Assembly: GCA_951406725.2 (NCBI GenBank)
Contig: OX597823.1
Location: 40,734,001-40,798,000, forward strand
DNA: 64,000 nucleotides
Source: Octopus vulgaris
Lineage: Eukaryota
Direction of reading: 5' to 3'
Shown: positions 15,523 through 28,702 of the stretch, piece after piece
Numbering within the stretch: the first letter of the stretch is position 1
How the letters are laid out: each line of letters starts with the position of its first letter
The notes under the pieces: generated by a model
The model's database searches: none
What the model was told of the DNA's origin: nothing
What the model saw: only the letters and a program-made list of their open reading frames with translations
Program-made: the position numbers and the translations under genes

Positions 15523-16341
15523 CTTATACGCAGACACACACACTCTCTCTCTCACACAGCAAGCAAACACATATAGATATAGAAATATATATTGTATAAG
15601 CTGGCATATAAAACTTCATTCACAATAGTTTGATCCACAGTAGAAAATAATTGTGTAAAGTGACTCACACTGAAATCAAACTCCAAACCTTGTGGTTATA
15701 AAAAGGAAAGTCCTTAGCTCAGCAACCACAGCGATGCTCGTATATATTCATGCAAAACTTATTAAAAAATAATTTGTTTTGTTGATTTCGACCGTCAAAA
15801 TCAGTGATGATAATGTGTTAGGCTTCGAAAGTCTGTCATTTTCTCTTCTCTTAATTCTTCATATCCACACTTTTTTCGGGCTATGTCGTTATGAGCAGTT
15901 AATTTTTAATCCTTTCCAACTGTGAAAAACACCTTGCTCGTGAACAAATTTGTCACTATTATGCCAGGTAGTTGTTCTCGAGACAGTAATTAGCCAAAGG
16001 TGATATATATTTTGGAATCTCATTAATGCAACGCATCGATAGTAATGGGATTGGAATGTACACATGCAAGCAAATATGCATCCATGTTTGCATGTATGCA
16101 TAAATATTCTTTAACTTGAGCAAACGAATACGTATACACACTCCCAATTACATACGTACATACACACATACATATGTATGTATGTATGTATGCATGTATG
16201 TATGTATGTATGTATCTATCTATTTATCTATCAAATCTGTACACACGCAGACACACACATGTGGGAATGTATCTACTATTCGTTTGCACACGTCACCGTA
16301 TATATATATACACGTATACATATATATATATATATATATAT

Positions 16342-16378
<37 letters not shown>

Positions 16379-16432
16379 AATACATACACACACAGACATG
16401 CGTATATATATATATATATATATGTATGCATA

Positions 16433-17278
16433 TCTACTACACATGTGGGAAATTCTGTCTGTGTGTGTGTTTGTGGAGTTATTAGCTAACTCCTCCTACA
16501 TCGTTTTATCGATTTTGATGAAACTTGACACGTGAGTAGAATTTATGTCTGGAAACCTCATGGCATACGCAGATTGTTGAAAATAAAATCGATAATAGAC
16601 CCCTGGAAGGGATTCGTATATATATATATAGCCAAGGGAAATAACCCATTCATTTTCCTAAATTATTTGGTAAAAATGAAATTGAGTATGCTTATTTCTT
16701 AGTATTTCAACTATTAGAGTTATTTTCGCAATTTAACCAGTAGAACCTTTAAATAAGTAAATAGTATATTCCTAAACAATAGATCCAGTTATTTTGGTTA
16801 GTGATTTATTCACGAATGTACCAAAACTAGAGTAATATTCTCTGGGAACGCACACATGCCCTTTTCAGAGCTATTTACTTTGAATTGTTATTATCTCATA
16901 TCTGATTAGCCTGTTATTACGAAACATGCTTCACGATTTTAGTATACATACCTTATTAATATTTTCTCCTATGTTCTGTATACTCTGGGAACGAATTAAA
17001 GCCCTTTTTGGGGCTACTTTATTTGAATTCTTACTATCGGGTAACTAATTTTTGTTATTACATAACTGACTTCACAATTTGGGTATTCATAACTTCTTGG
17101 GAATGCCTGAAAACAAGATCCTGTGTAAGACAGTTCGGTATTCTCTATAAATGCACAAAAACCGTTTTAAGGGATACATACTTTGTATTGTTGTTATTAG
17201 AATAGCAAAACAATTATGAGAACACGGAACAAAGAGATAAACCCCGCTTTCCCTGGAATCACCGGGTACGTCAACTAG
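16433..17278 (+). mobile_element. Non-autonomous Helitron
   Basis: 5' A|TCTACTAC followed by a GTCT/GT simple repeat and the atcgattttgatgaaactt motif. 3' hairpin cctgg-aatca-ccggg (17252-17266), then CTAG|T at 17275-17279. No TSD seen. The 5' boundary is less certain. Confidence 0.7.
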
Positions 17279-17289
17279 TATGTATATAT

Positions 17290-17714
17290 ATACTCTTTTC
17301 TTTTACTCTTTTACTTGTTTCAGTCATTTGACTGCGGCCATGCTGGAGCACCGCCTTAAATCGATCAACTCGATCCCGGGACTTATACTTTGTAAGCCCA
17401 GTACTTATTCTATCGGTCTCTTTTGCCGAACCGCTAAGTTACGGGGACGTAAACACACCGGCATCGGTTGTCAAGCGATGCTAGGGGGACAAACACAGAC
17501 ACACAAACATATACACACACATACATATATATACATATATATATACATATATACGACAGGCTTCTTTCAGTTTCCGTCTACCAAATCCACTCACAAGGCA
17601 TTGGTTGGCCCGGGGCTATAGCAGAGGACACTTGGCCAAGATGCCACGCAGTGAGACTGAACCCGGAACCATGTGGTTGGTAAACAAGCTACTTACCACA
17701 CAGCCACTCCTGCG

Positions 17715-17718
<4 letters not shown>
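17290..17718 (-). mobile_element. tRNA-derived SINE family D (internal microsatellite, AAAAGAGT-type tail)
   Basis: Reverse complement: aggcgcaggagTGGCTGTGTGGtaag..GGGTTCAGTC..ggcatcttggccaagtgtcc..ggatttggtagacggaaactg. Related copies at 30780 and 47970. Confidence 0.9.
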
Positions 17719-17754
<36 letters not shown>

Positions 17755-17759
17755 GTACC

Positions 17760-17912
17760 CCCCACAAAAAAAAGAACAAAAGCAACAACGCGAGGACGTG
17801 GTACATACAAAGTATTAGAAAACGTTCGAGGAAGGAGAAAATTGTGGTTTTACGCTTCGAGCAAAGCTTTTCTTCAGAAACAGAAAAAAAATCGCCAACG
17901 ATTCACATGTGG
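17760..17912 (-). mobile_element. Short PLE-type element with a degenerate hammerhead (17847-17881)
   Basis: Minus strand gttt-CTGAAGA-a-aagc-ttt-gctc-GAAGC-GTA-aaac. Homologous to 41335-41530 and flanked by (TA)n. Confidence 0.65.
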
Positions 17913-18549
17913 TTATATATATATGCGTACGCATACAAATGTACATATATATGTATATATGTGTGTGTGTGCGTGCATTATATTTACACACAGATGTATA
18001 TAAAACATATATCTATATATTTTGTATATGTATGCATGTGTGGATTTGCGTGTATAAATGTAGATACATTCACACAAATATACTGACAGAGAAAAAGTTA
18101 GCCCACATACCTATATATGGAAATTTGAACCTAGCTTTGCATCTATTTCTTTTTGAATTATTCACTTTAGTTTTTTTTTTCTACCTTTTAAAAAGTCAAT
18201 ATAAATCATGAATGCAAAATAAATAAATAATGATCACCTGATATACAATTGATCTTGATCTCAGGATGCTTATATAACTAATTTTAAAGGTTAATTCAAC
18301 CTCATTGATTTTGTTTACATTCGGAACAAGAACAAATTTTATAGATGAGCTTGTATTGACGTTTGTATCAGTATTATGCTGGTATTTATTTATCTTCTAC
18401 GAAAAGCTGAAAATCAATCCCGATTGATCCAGAAACATTGATGAACAAGAAGAAATAATCTATCAATCGATCAAATTTACCTACTGTTCTCTCATAACAG
18501 AGTAAAGGTTTTCCGTCTCTAAATCTCCATAACTTTCAGATGTATATGT

Positions 18550-18692
18550 TTGGTCGCCAGTATTTTGTCAGATTTATTCATGTCATTCGTCCATCTTGTT
18601 CATCGTCATCCTCAATTTCTTTGATGCGCTCTCGGGATCCAGTCTCTCAGCTTTTACATCTCCTGTTCCCACCCAGCATGTGGATGTGTCCA
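18550..18692 (-). mobile_element. Possible RTE-type LINE 3' remnant
   Basis: Weak peptide GHIHM..R..RTRWTNDM, resembling GH..R..GRP..RW.D. Confidence 0.3.
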
Positions 18693-18885
18693 AAACGAAC
18701 ATATATGTTCATACATACAAAAAATACATACATACATACATGCATACATACATACATACATATATACATCTGTACACACACACATATGTATCATGTTGAT
18801 GTTTATTGTGCTTATAATTAAATATACATGTCGTGTATATCTATCTATTTGTCTCTGTCTGTCTGTCTGTCTGTCTCTCTGTCTT

Positions 18886-18968
<83 letters not shown>

Positions 18969-19042
18969 ACAAATAACTGCATATATATATATCAGAACAA
19001 ATACATATATATATATATATATATATACATATACGTATTTGT

Positions 19043-19099
<57 letters not shown>

Positions 19100-20950
19100 C
19101 ATATATATCAGAACGTATTTGTTAAGACATGTGAGATTTAGTATAAATGTTACTTAAACCCAAATATAATCCTTCATTCCATTGCTCTGAGCATCTCTGC
19201 TGGGTTTTTGTAATTGGTTTATACTGAATGAAACTGAATATGAAATAGATTTAATTTAATCAATATACAAAACGTAGAAACATGATTTAAAAAAAAAAGT
19301 GATAGAGGATTATCTATTATAGTTGACAAGAAAGAACGGAATAAGAGTCTGCTGTCGTGTTAAAAGAATGTGCAGCCAGAAATTTCTGGAAGACTCTAAG
19401 AAGAAGCGTGTAAAAGATTTATAAAATATTTGAAGCTAAAATGTGATTGGAGTATGTAGGCCTATTAGTTCGAAATTGTTTCCTATTTCTGAGGCGTTTT
19501 AGCGACTGAGCACAGAAGATTATTCTCTGAACGGGTCTTCAGTCTGTTTAGAGGTGGTCTTTTCCAGCTGTCGATCTCGCTCCTTTTCACCAGAATGGAC
19601 TAAAGAAATACGACATAGAATCCAATCCACGACCGAACGATCGTCTGTCCAACACAACTAAATACTATAGCGCACGCTTAGGGAATATGACAGAAAACTA
19701 ATGTTTTAAAAAGAGAAATGGAGGAACTAAGGAGAAAGTGATACGACAAAAAAGGAAAAACAAAAAAAAAAAAGAAAACCGACATAGTACGATGGGTTTT
19801 AAATTGAATATAAATCAACCTCAGTGTTATCTGTCATATGACGGGTAACTTTGAAATATACTTTTGTCAACACAAGTGAAATTAGGAAAGGGAGCATACG
19901 TATAATAAGTATAGTTTAACTTGTATCGAATTACTTGGTGTTTATGAAAAAAGGATCAGATGAATCCTAGTTTTCAAACGATAAATATTCAATAATCCAA
20001 AATAAAATTAAATGAAACGAATTTTTTGTAACTACCCTATCAATTACCCTCTCTCCACTCTTTCACTGTCTCTAAGGTTCTTTCTCTTTTACTCTATGTA
20101 CAGCATTGCTTGCCACCGAGCCTCGTATGTGTACGCATCCTGTACCTCTTATGTTAACTCTCTCTGTGTTCTTCTTCCTTGTATATATATATGATGCTAA
20201 GTATGACTGGTGTATCAACCAATTAACTAACCAACCAAACAACTAACCAATCAACCAACCAACCAAACCAACCAACCAGCCAGCAAACGCTTATCTGCGC
20301 TATTATGATTATGTAGAGAAGATTTGTGAAGAATAACAACTCAATCCTATTTGAACAAGAAATAGGAAGGGAGATTATGTGGAAATTATCAGATATTAAA
20401 CAAAACGTTGTTATTAGTTTAAGACACTGTTGGCTACTAACACAATACCTAACCTGTTTTATAGTTTAATAGGCCAAATCTAGTTCTTGGTTCCTTCATT
20501 GGTGCTCACTATGTTGCAAGCTTTCAATGCAAAAACCGAGTTCCCCTGCTCGATCACCCATTTCAATACAAAATTCACCCCACCTGATAATTTACTATAT
20601 CTAGCTGAGAATAAAATGTTTTATCAATAAACATTGTTATACCAGCCAATACAAATATTACCCGAAATAGTCAATGTGTTCAACAATCATTGTATGTTTC
20701 AGGAATTGTAACGCTCTTCCATAATACTTAACTTTGGCAGAAGTGTGAATAACGTTGTTTTCGATACAATTCTGCAATCAAATTTACTTCTGTAGTACGT
20801 CGTTCTTTGCTGCACAATTTCCTAATGAAATCTCGTGAATGTCGATAAAAGAATTACTAGAAATTTAATAGAGATGAGGCAACCGTCTATACTAACACTT
20901 CTTCTATGTAATGTGTGTCTGTATATATGTGTATACGTATGTGTGTGCAT

Positions 20951-21000
<50 letters not shown>

Positions 21001-21745
21001 TATAAAAAAGAAAACAATATCTAACTTTTCCGTATTGGGTAGAAGGTGCAGAGTTTGAGACTTGGTCCCTTTGGGTATTTCCCTTTTTTTTTAGCCTTGA
21101 TTTTTGTAAACTTATACATATGCAAAACGGAATCGATACTTAATTTGGTACACATACCAGTATTATGCTGCAATCGATTCAAGCATTGCGACCATTTCCC
21201 TGCCAAAATGTTGTTTTGCCATCGAGTTCCAAAGAAATCAATATTTAACTTTGGAGCAGTCAAACTTCACGCAACCATTTTTATCATCGTAGTGAGCATT
21301 TTCTTCATTATACAAACGCTTTAGTTTATGTCCGGTTTTTACATTGTCCATTTTCTATTTATTGATCATCAGAGGAAGGGTAAGACTGTGAGTGAGTGAG
21401 TAAACGATGTTACAACGATACTAAATAACATTTTAAACTTATCGGCTGACATACTTTTGCAATGTTTGTGATCTGTTTCGGTTTTCAGATGTCGATAGAT
21501 AAAAATATAAATAATGTTTCGTTATTGCTTACTTTAATGTCTTTCTTTTCTCTCCATTAACATTGTACATTGACCTAATTCCCTTGGTCATTCATTATAG
21601 TCGCTATACTGGACAGCTGAAGAAGAAATGCTTGTTTTGTATTCGACTGATAGAAACTCTGCATATATTGCAGGCGTTGGCGCTGGGCGACTTGTCTATT
21701 TCAGAACATACACATTGTTATACATATATACATTTAAACACGCAC

Positions 21746-21787
<42 letters not shown>

Positions 21788-22074
21788 CACACACACACAC
21801 ACAATCACACACATACATTTGTGAGTGAGTGAATAAACGAAAGAAAGGGCACTGAACACATCTATTGGGAGTTACATGCATTTCAATTCAATTTTATGTA
21901 TATATATATATATGTAACAAAGAAAGATACTGAGAATAGAGAGAGATACATGTGTGCACATGCGTATATGCACATATATACTTATGCATATAACATATTT
22001 ATATTTATATATGCGTGTGTTTATGTATATGCATATGTATATATATATATATATATATTTTTTTTTTTATATAG

Positions 22075-22192
22075 AAGGAAGTAAATAAGGTACTCAATAC
22101 ATAGCAATTCCTTCTATATAATAAATTACTTTTACTCTGCTATGTATTGAGTACCTTATTTACTGTGGTTAACCCCGAATCAACCCGGGACC

Positions 22193-22195
<3 letters not shown>
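22075..22195. repeat. 27-bp perfect inverted repeat element between (TA)n tracts
   Basis: agtaaataaggtactcaatacatagca (22080-22106) and its reverse complement (22138-22164). Confidence 0.85.
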
Positions 22196-22235
<40 letters not shown>

Positions 22236-22419
22236 AATTGAGTATGAACGATATTATGCTATGACGCTATTTTTATATAAAAAAAGCGTACTCAATACAT
22301 AACGTAAATACTGATATTTAATTATTAGACTTAGCTACTCTTCCATTAATTCAGATTTTCACACATCATTAAAGCCATCAGTTAACGTGTCAGTCAACAT
22401 CGTACTAAATAAACAAATT

Positions 22420-23040
22420 TGTCTTCCAAAACATTCTTCCTTCATACTCCATCTGGTGACTTCTTCGTCAGCAGAAAACTTGATGTAATGGAACAGTAGT
22501 CAACTGTATCGACATATATTAAGTATTTGATTGAATAGTTGGGACTTACAGCTAATTCCAACAGCAAGCATATTGTCAACTCCATTTTTGTATACATTAC
22601 GTCGCGTTTTGTCTCTAAATACACATAGAATGTTTAGATACGCTCGACTCACTGTACATCCATTTGCATCCAGCGTATTGTATACAAGGTTATCATCAGA
22701 GGTAAACCCCCTTTAGTCTTAATAACCAATTTCTAAATGCTGGAAGACTATTTCCAATACCAGGTATTTTAATTTAGGCTAGAATATTTGCGAATAATTC
22801 ATAGGAGATTTTCGTTTATTGATAGATAATTGATATAGATAATGTTTCTCTGTTCTGCAGTTATATATCATTGCATTCCTCTATCATCAGAATCTCACCG
22901 GTATGGTTTTATTGGCAGAATGGCTTTGTCAGCGGTAACAAATACCTTTCCTTCCTCTATACTTTCACTATTTTCCACAAATCGAACAGGAACATAATTT
23001 CATCTAAATTAACCTTGTCAGGAATTGAACCGAGAATTGT
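22420..23040 (-). mobile_element. Possible decayed LINE RT remnant
   Basis: Minus peptides LLPLTKP and YELFANILA..IGNSLP resemble RT domains 1-2; heavily disrupted. Confidence 0.35.
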
Positions 23041-23079
23041 AAGCTAAACCTAATAAGAATTTTCATGTTTGTAAAGGTT

Positions 23080-23300
23080 CGTGAGCTAGTGGTTAGAGTG
23101 TTGAGATCACCGTTTTCATCCCCGGATCGGGTGGTGCGTTTGTGTCCTTCAACAAAATACTTCATTTCATGTTGACGCAACCGGTTTAGACAACCTGTGA
23201 CGGACTGATGTTCCGTTCTAGGGATTTATTGCGATCTCAGCCACTTATAGACCTTAGAAACCAGTTAACCAACCCTATGAGTCTAAGGACTTGAGACAGT
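23080..23300 (+). mobile_element. Degenerate CORE-like SINE
   Basis: ctagtggttagagtgttg..ccccggatcggg..tgtgtccttcaacaaaatacttcatttcatgttg parallels 1630-1740. Confidence 0.55.
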
Positions 23301-23689
23301 AACAAACAAGAGTTGATGATGATGATTGTAAAGCAACATGATCTGTTAGGTGACGGCTGAAACATGCGCTGAATTATTAATGCCAGGACACGAATTTAAA
23401 TCATTATGTAAATGAGTTCACAATTTTCGTTCACAATTCAGTAAACCGCCTTCCGTTTTTTGGAATGTTACTTGAGTCGATCCAGTAAAAAATTATAAAA
23501 TAACAAGGCCAGTCGTTTACATAAACATTGCAATTTGTAGAAAAGATTTTGTTGGGTAACTACCGGTATAAGTTTACAACGAGGCTCCGTATAATCATTT
23601 CTTCGTAAACACACTAGTCCCTCTCTTTTTCTCTCCCTTGCACACACACATATGTACATACGTACAAACACACACACACATATATATAA

Positions 23690-24475
23690 TTTATTCATGG
23701 GCGACAATACGTATATTAAAGCGCTACTAATAGTTTCATATGTTGAGAAAACTCAAAAGTATTTTTCGGGCGCAAACCACATATCATATCGAACAAGAAA
23801 AAAATTAATAGAAGAAGCGCGAAACAATGGAGAAAGTAAGCAAAGAAAAACCAAAGCACAAAACTAAAACGTAAAAAATAAAAGGTAAAAAGGTAAAAGA
23901 GTTGTCCTCCTTAGACCTTAAATGATAAGACTGGAAAGATATCAAGTCAGTCAAGAATAGGCAAAATTTTCCAATTCTTTAATATATATATATATATATG
24001 CATGTACCTACTGAAATTTTTTGACCTGTAATTCAATAGAGAATTAGAGATTTTAGAGTTGAACAGGATCTGCGCTCTTTCAGCCAAAAAAAGCCTACAT
24101 TTATTCGATCCATTCACATAAGGTATGGGTTTCTCAATTACTTTCCATTTAATCACATGGTGTTTCGTTATCTTTCAAGGTCCATACATAGCTAGCTAAC
24201 CTAGTAGCTTTACCATTGTCATTATGTCGGAAGGAGGCTATGTGATTGGCTTAACGATTTTTAAATTCCCTCTCACATAATCTAATATAGGTCGTCTTGT
24301 CAGTTGTATTACTATTTAGAGTGCAGTAACTTCTGTCTCATATATGGTAGATGTAGTCATCATACATTGTTGGACAGGATCCTGGGTCGCGAGTGATGCA
24401 ACTGGATTTAGGCTTTTGATATTGACCACACTCTGCGCTGTTCGTTGAGTATTTTCTCTTGCACATTATAAGCAT
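23690..24475 (-). mobile_element. Penelope-like element 3' fragment: GIY-YIG endonuclease remnant plus terminal repeat with a hammerhead motif
   Basis: Minus peptides TYIRLCEREFKNR*ANHIASFRH..TRLASYVWTLK and IKWKVIEKPIPYVNGSNKCRLFLAERAQIL..LLNYRS. HHR-like motif at 23721-23773. (TA)n at the 5' junction. Confidence 0.8.
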
Positions 24476-24476
24476 C

Positions 24477-24548
<72 letters not shown>

Positions 24549-26821
24549 ATTTATGTATATATATAGCTTCAACCATTCAGCGATAGCTACAAATATGATG
24601 GTACCTACGTCAATAACTGTAGATTGTTCTTTTAGACGTTGCTAAAACTACAGATATTACTGTAATGTTACTTTTGTTTTTAACCCCAACTTTATGTGAT
24701 CGAAAAGTCCTATAATCAACGAAATTCCAAACATGATCACCTTTAGTTTTATTACTGTCAGTAATAATATACCGTAGACTACATTATGCAATGTATCGAG
24801 CTTTATTTTTGATACAGTAGCGTAGGATTTTATGGAGCCTTGGCTGGTATTTATGAGCGACCATCTCCAGCCTCCTTCATTACCGATGTTATTGTTGAGA
24901 AGGGAAGTCACAGCTGGTTTAACACGAATAACAGCCACATTTTTGTAGAAGAGTAGGGTAAAGGAAAAAACAAACAATTAGGTTAAAACACAAGAGGGAT
25001 AAAGAAGACAGAAAAATAAATGCACGCAACGATTAAAGAGAAGGGAACGAAATGAATATGAGAAAGAGTGTTTGTTTGAAAAATTACTAAAATAAAACAA
25101 GCTTGTTTAGCTAAACGCCATATTGGTGCATATTTTAGTAGCTTGTGCAATTTCCTGTTAGTGAAATGAATAATTTTAACAGCACGTGAAACATCCGGTT
25201 GTTGCAAAGTTTGATATTTACTGAAGTTAGTGGCACAGAAACAACCTTTGAAAATTTTAAAATTTTAAAATTGCGATGTAGTTGTTTGTGCCAGTAGTTT
25301 AAATTGAGACATCGAATTTCTGTGTTTTTTAAAGTAAAACTATTAAACGTAAGAGAGAAGCAAATATGGATGCGGTATATTTCTATTGTATTAATAATAG
25401 AGCTTCTATGATAAAAAGAATAGCCGAATCTCCCTGAATGTTTATCAGTCTGCTTTAAAATTTGACGCATTACATAGGGTAGACTACGGCACACAGTTTC
25501 TAAAACTAGATTTCACAGTCAATGAATCAAAACACTTTGGTCATAGACAGATCTGGGAATAAACAATAGCAAAAACATCAAATGGGATTTAGTAATCGTC
25601 TTCGAAGACAGAAAAAGAAACAAAATCGATTTGAAATCAGAACATTTAAATATATCCGTTTATTACAGGTTTTTGGTCGCCCCCACCCATCAGGTAGCAA
25701 AAACCACCGTGGTGAATAAATCAGTGACCCGCCAAGTGGTCCTTAGCATTGTGGATGGTTACTGGGGCGTATTTTCGTAATCCAAGCAGTATTTGTGACT
25801 GATTTCCATCCTTCCCCAATCAATTTCTGATAAATGCAACACGGTTCACAATAAGCATACCATGTTATCCTGGATCAGTGATGAGAGAGTTGTGATAAAT
25901 GTAGATAGACGTACTGAATGAAATATTTCGAATCCTCAATTCCGGATGTCTACTTTCTCTGTAGCTATGTATATGAAAATTTCTATTGTGAAATATGGGA
26001 AATCTACGCAATATACCAATGGCAGTGAATTGTTTTTTTTCAATAATCAAGTTAGAAGTTCATGTACTAAATGTAGTTTGCTAAAAAACTCAAATTATTG
26101 AAATTGTATTCTAATCTATAAATTTTAGCACTTTTTATTTTCATATTAAATTCCGATATAATCGTTATCTACACACTATGAAAGGTAGTTGTTGAAATTT
26201 TCGTAAAAAAATAGCTGTGTGAGTTTTCTGAAATTCCTTTCGCCACTTCCCCCAAAAAATCTTTTCACTACGAAGTCAGAATCTACACCATATGAAACAT
26301 ATATGTAGAAAAGTTCTCTGAAAAATATCCAATTGTCTGGAAATTATGAGGAAACATTTGTGTATGTGTGCCTAAAGCTTTAATATAAGTAACACTAATT
26401 TTAACACAGATAGTACTAATATTATGATGCTATTATATATCAACATATATGCTTGCTTCGCTCTGCATGTTATATATAAACAAAGAATATACTTCTTTCG
26501 TTCGATTAGTATCAAAATGGTGACAATTATTGTCACCATGAATGAAATGGCCTCAATTTTTCATTACACATAAATGTAAATAGGATAAAAATATGTACAA
26601 TGTTATTGTGATTAATAACGAATATCAAATGTGTTGAAAATGCATCGTAGTGTGTGTGTGTGTTCTGTAGTTTACAATCGTTTCAACAACTGGTGGCTCA
26701 CAAATCTTAAATGTCATGTATGAACACATGGATGTGAACAATCATTTGGTCGTGTCCATTGTATGATATTTATGACAATGATCTGTATAGTCATTTAATC
26801 GTAGCCAAACGAGGGGTGTAC

Positions 26822-26885
<64 letters not shown>

Positions 26886-26930
26886 GTCTATCTATCTATC
26901 AGTCTGTCTGTCTATACATACACATACACA

Positions 26931-26972
<42 letters not shown>

Positions 26973-27896
26973 CTCTCACATATACATATTTACATATTTA
27001 CATATGCACTTCTTTGTGTATGCTGTATGTTTCCCTGATGCTCGTACGTAACTGTATTTGCGTCAGACAATTTGGCAGAAAAAAAAGATAAAAAGGAATA
27101 CCAAAATGAAAATTAAAACGGAATAGAAAAAGCGAAAACCGTTCGTTGTTTTAATATTTCATTCTCTGTTTTGTGCAAATAAGATTATCTAATTGTAATT
27201 TTTAAAAGAATATTTTTTTCTACCCTCGTCAAGATTAACAAACTTCCTTACATTTTTCATTGTCAACCATTTTACCTTCCTGCCTTCCTTCCTTCCTTCT
27301 TTCATCAATTTCTTCTCTTATCGTCTGCACTTTCCATTGATCTAATAATAATCTTTCTCTTTTCCTGATATTAGTCTTAATTTTTTTGTTTTGTTTTGGA
27401 TAACTGTCTTTTCTCTTGCTCTCTCACTCTTGCCGGAAATCATCACTTTTACGCAACTAACTCGTATACACACCTACGCAATCTCACACAGAGACATGCA
27501 GATATATGGTACCTGCCATCATTCTTTCTGTCTCTGTCTGTGTGTCTGTCTGTCTCTCTCCCTCGCGCATACACACACTCTCTCTTTCTTTCACTCTCTC
27601 TCTCTCTCTCTCTCCTACTCTCTACCCTTGATGCACCTCACTCTCTCTCTCTGTTGCATTTCAACTATTTCCACCACCACAATCATAATCTTCAACATTG
27701 TCTTCTCCATCGCACACACATACATACGTATACATGCGTGGTGTACTTTCTTATGTCTTTTCAATATTTCTCTGTTTTTCTCAATAACATTAACTCTTTC
27801 CTTCATCTTATTTCTTTCTCTGTCTCCGCCTGTCTTTCTATCTATCTATCTGTCTCACCTCTTTCTCCTTTTCAATCTCTCCTCCACCCTCTCTTC

Positions 27897-27934
<38 letters not shown>

Positions 27935-28654
27935 GCCTCTCTCCCTCACTCTCTCTGAGTGCGTGTTTTAACGCTTTTCATGTTATGAAAACTCTCTTAC
28001 CCAATGATTATACCTCAGTCGTTTCAATGCTACTTTCGCTGCCCCTTCCACTACATATAACATACAATCACATTCCACCTTTCTCCCATCTCTCTTTATT
28101 CTACAAATGCACGTTTCTTTCGCTAACCATTCTCTCCAGCTATTCACTCATCAACAACAGGTTTTCTTTTCACCCACGTTCTTCTACTTCCGTATATTTC
28201 CTTCTCCTACTTTTCCTCCGACTCACGCTTTTCGTTCCTTTAACTCTCACATTCATTTCACTCAATTTCCGATCTGTCTTTACTCTTTCCCATTTCACCA
28301 TAAGTTATTTCCTTCGGATTTTTCTCTTTATCTATTCTACGGTCCACATTCTCTTACTGTGTGTTTTTTTTTTGGTCTTTTCACACTCTCACACGCAAAT
28401 CCAAAAGCAGAAACAACCACAACCACACACACACACACACACGCACACACTCACACACACATACATATATATACACACATATATATACATCTATAATCGC
28501 TGGTGCTTATGTATGTGTGCATGTAGGTATGTATGTTTGTATGTATTCATGTGATTCACCACGCGCTGGTGGAGACTGATTGGTATGCGTGTACAAACTA
28601 CTGTAGGTATACTTATCACAATTGAACATTTATCCCACACAAGCACGCACACAT

Positions 28655-28702
<48 letters not shown>

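Noticed and set aside
20400-21400. Possible mariner remnants
   Set aside because: Short weak resemblances only; no TIR pair or catalytic motif found.
27391-28554. 387-aa ORF
   Set aside because: Lies in a pyrimidine-rich, CT/CA low-complexity tract that avoids stop codons by composition; TTG start and no recognisable domain.
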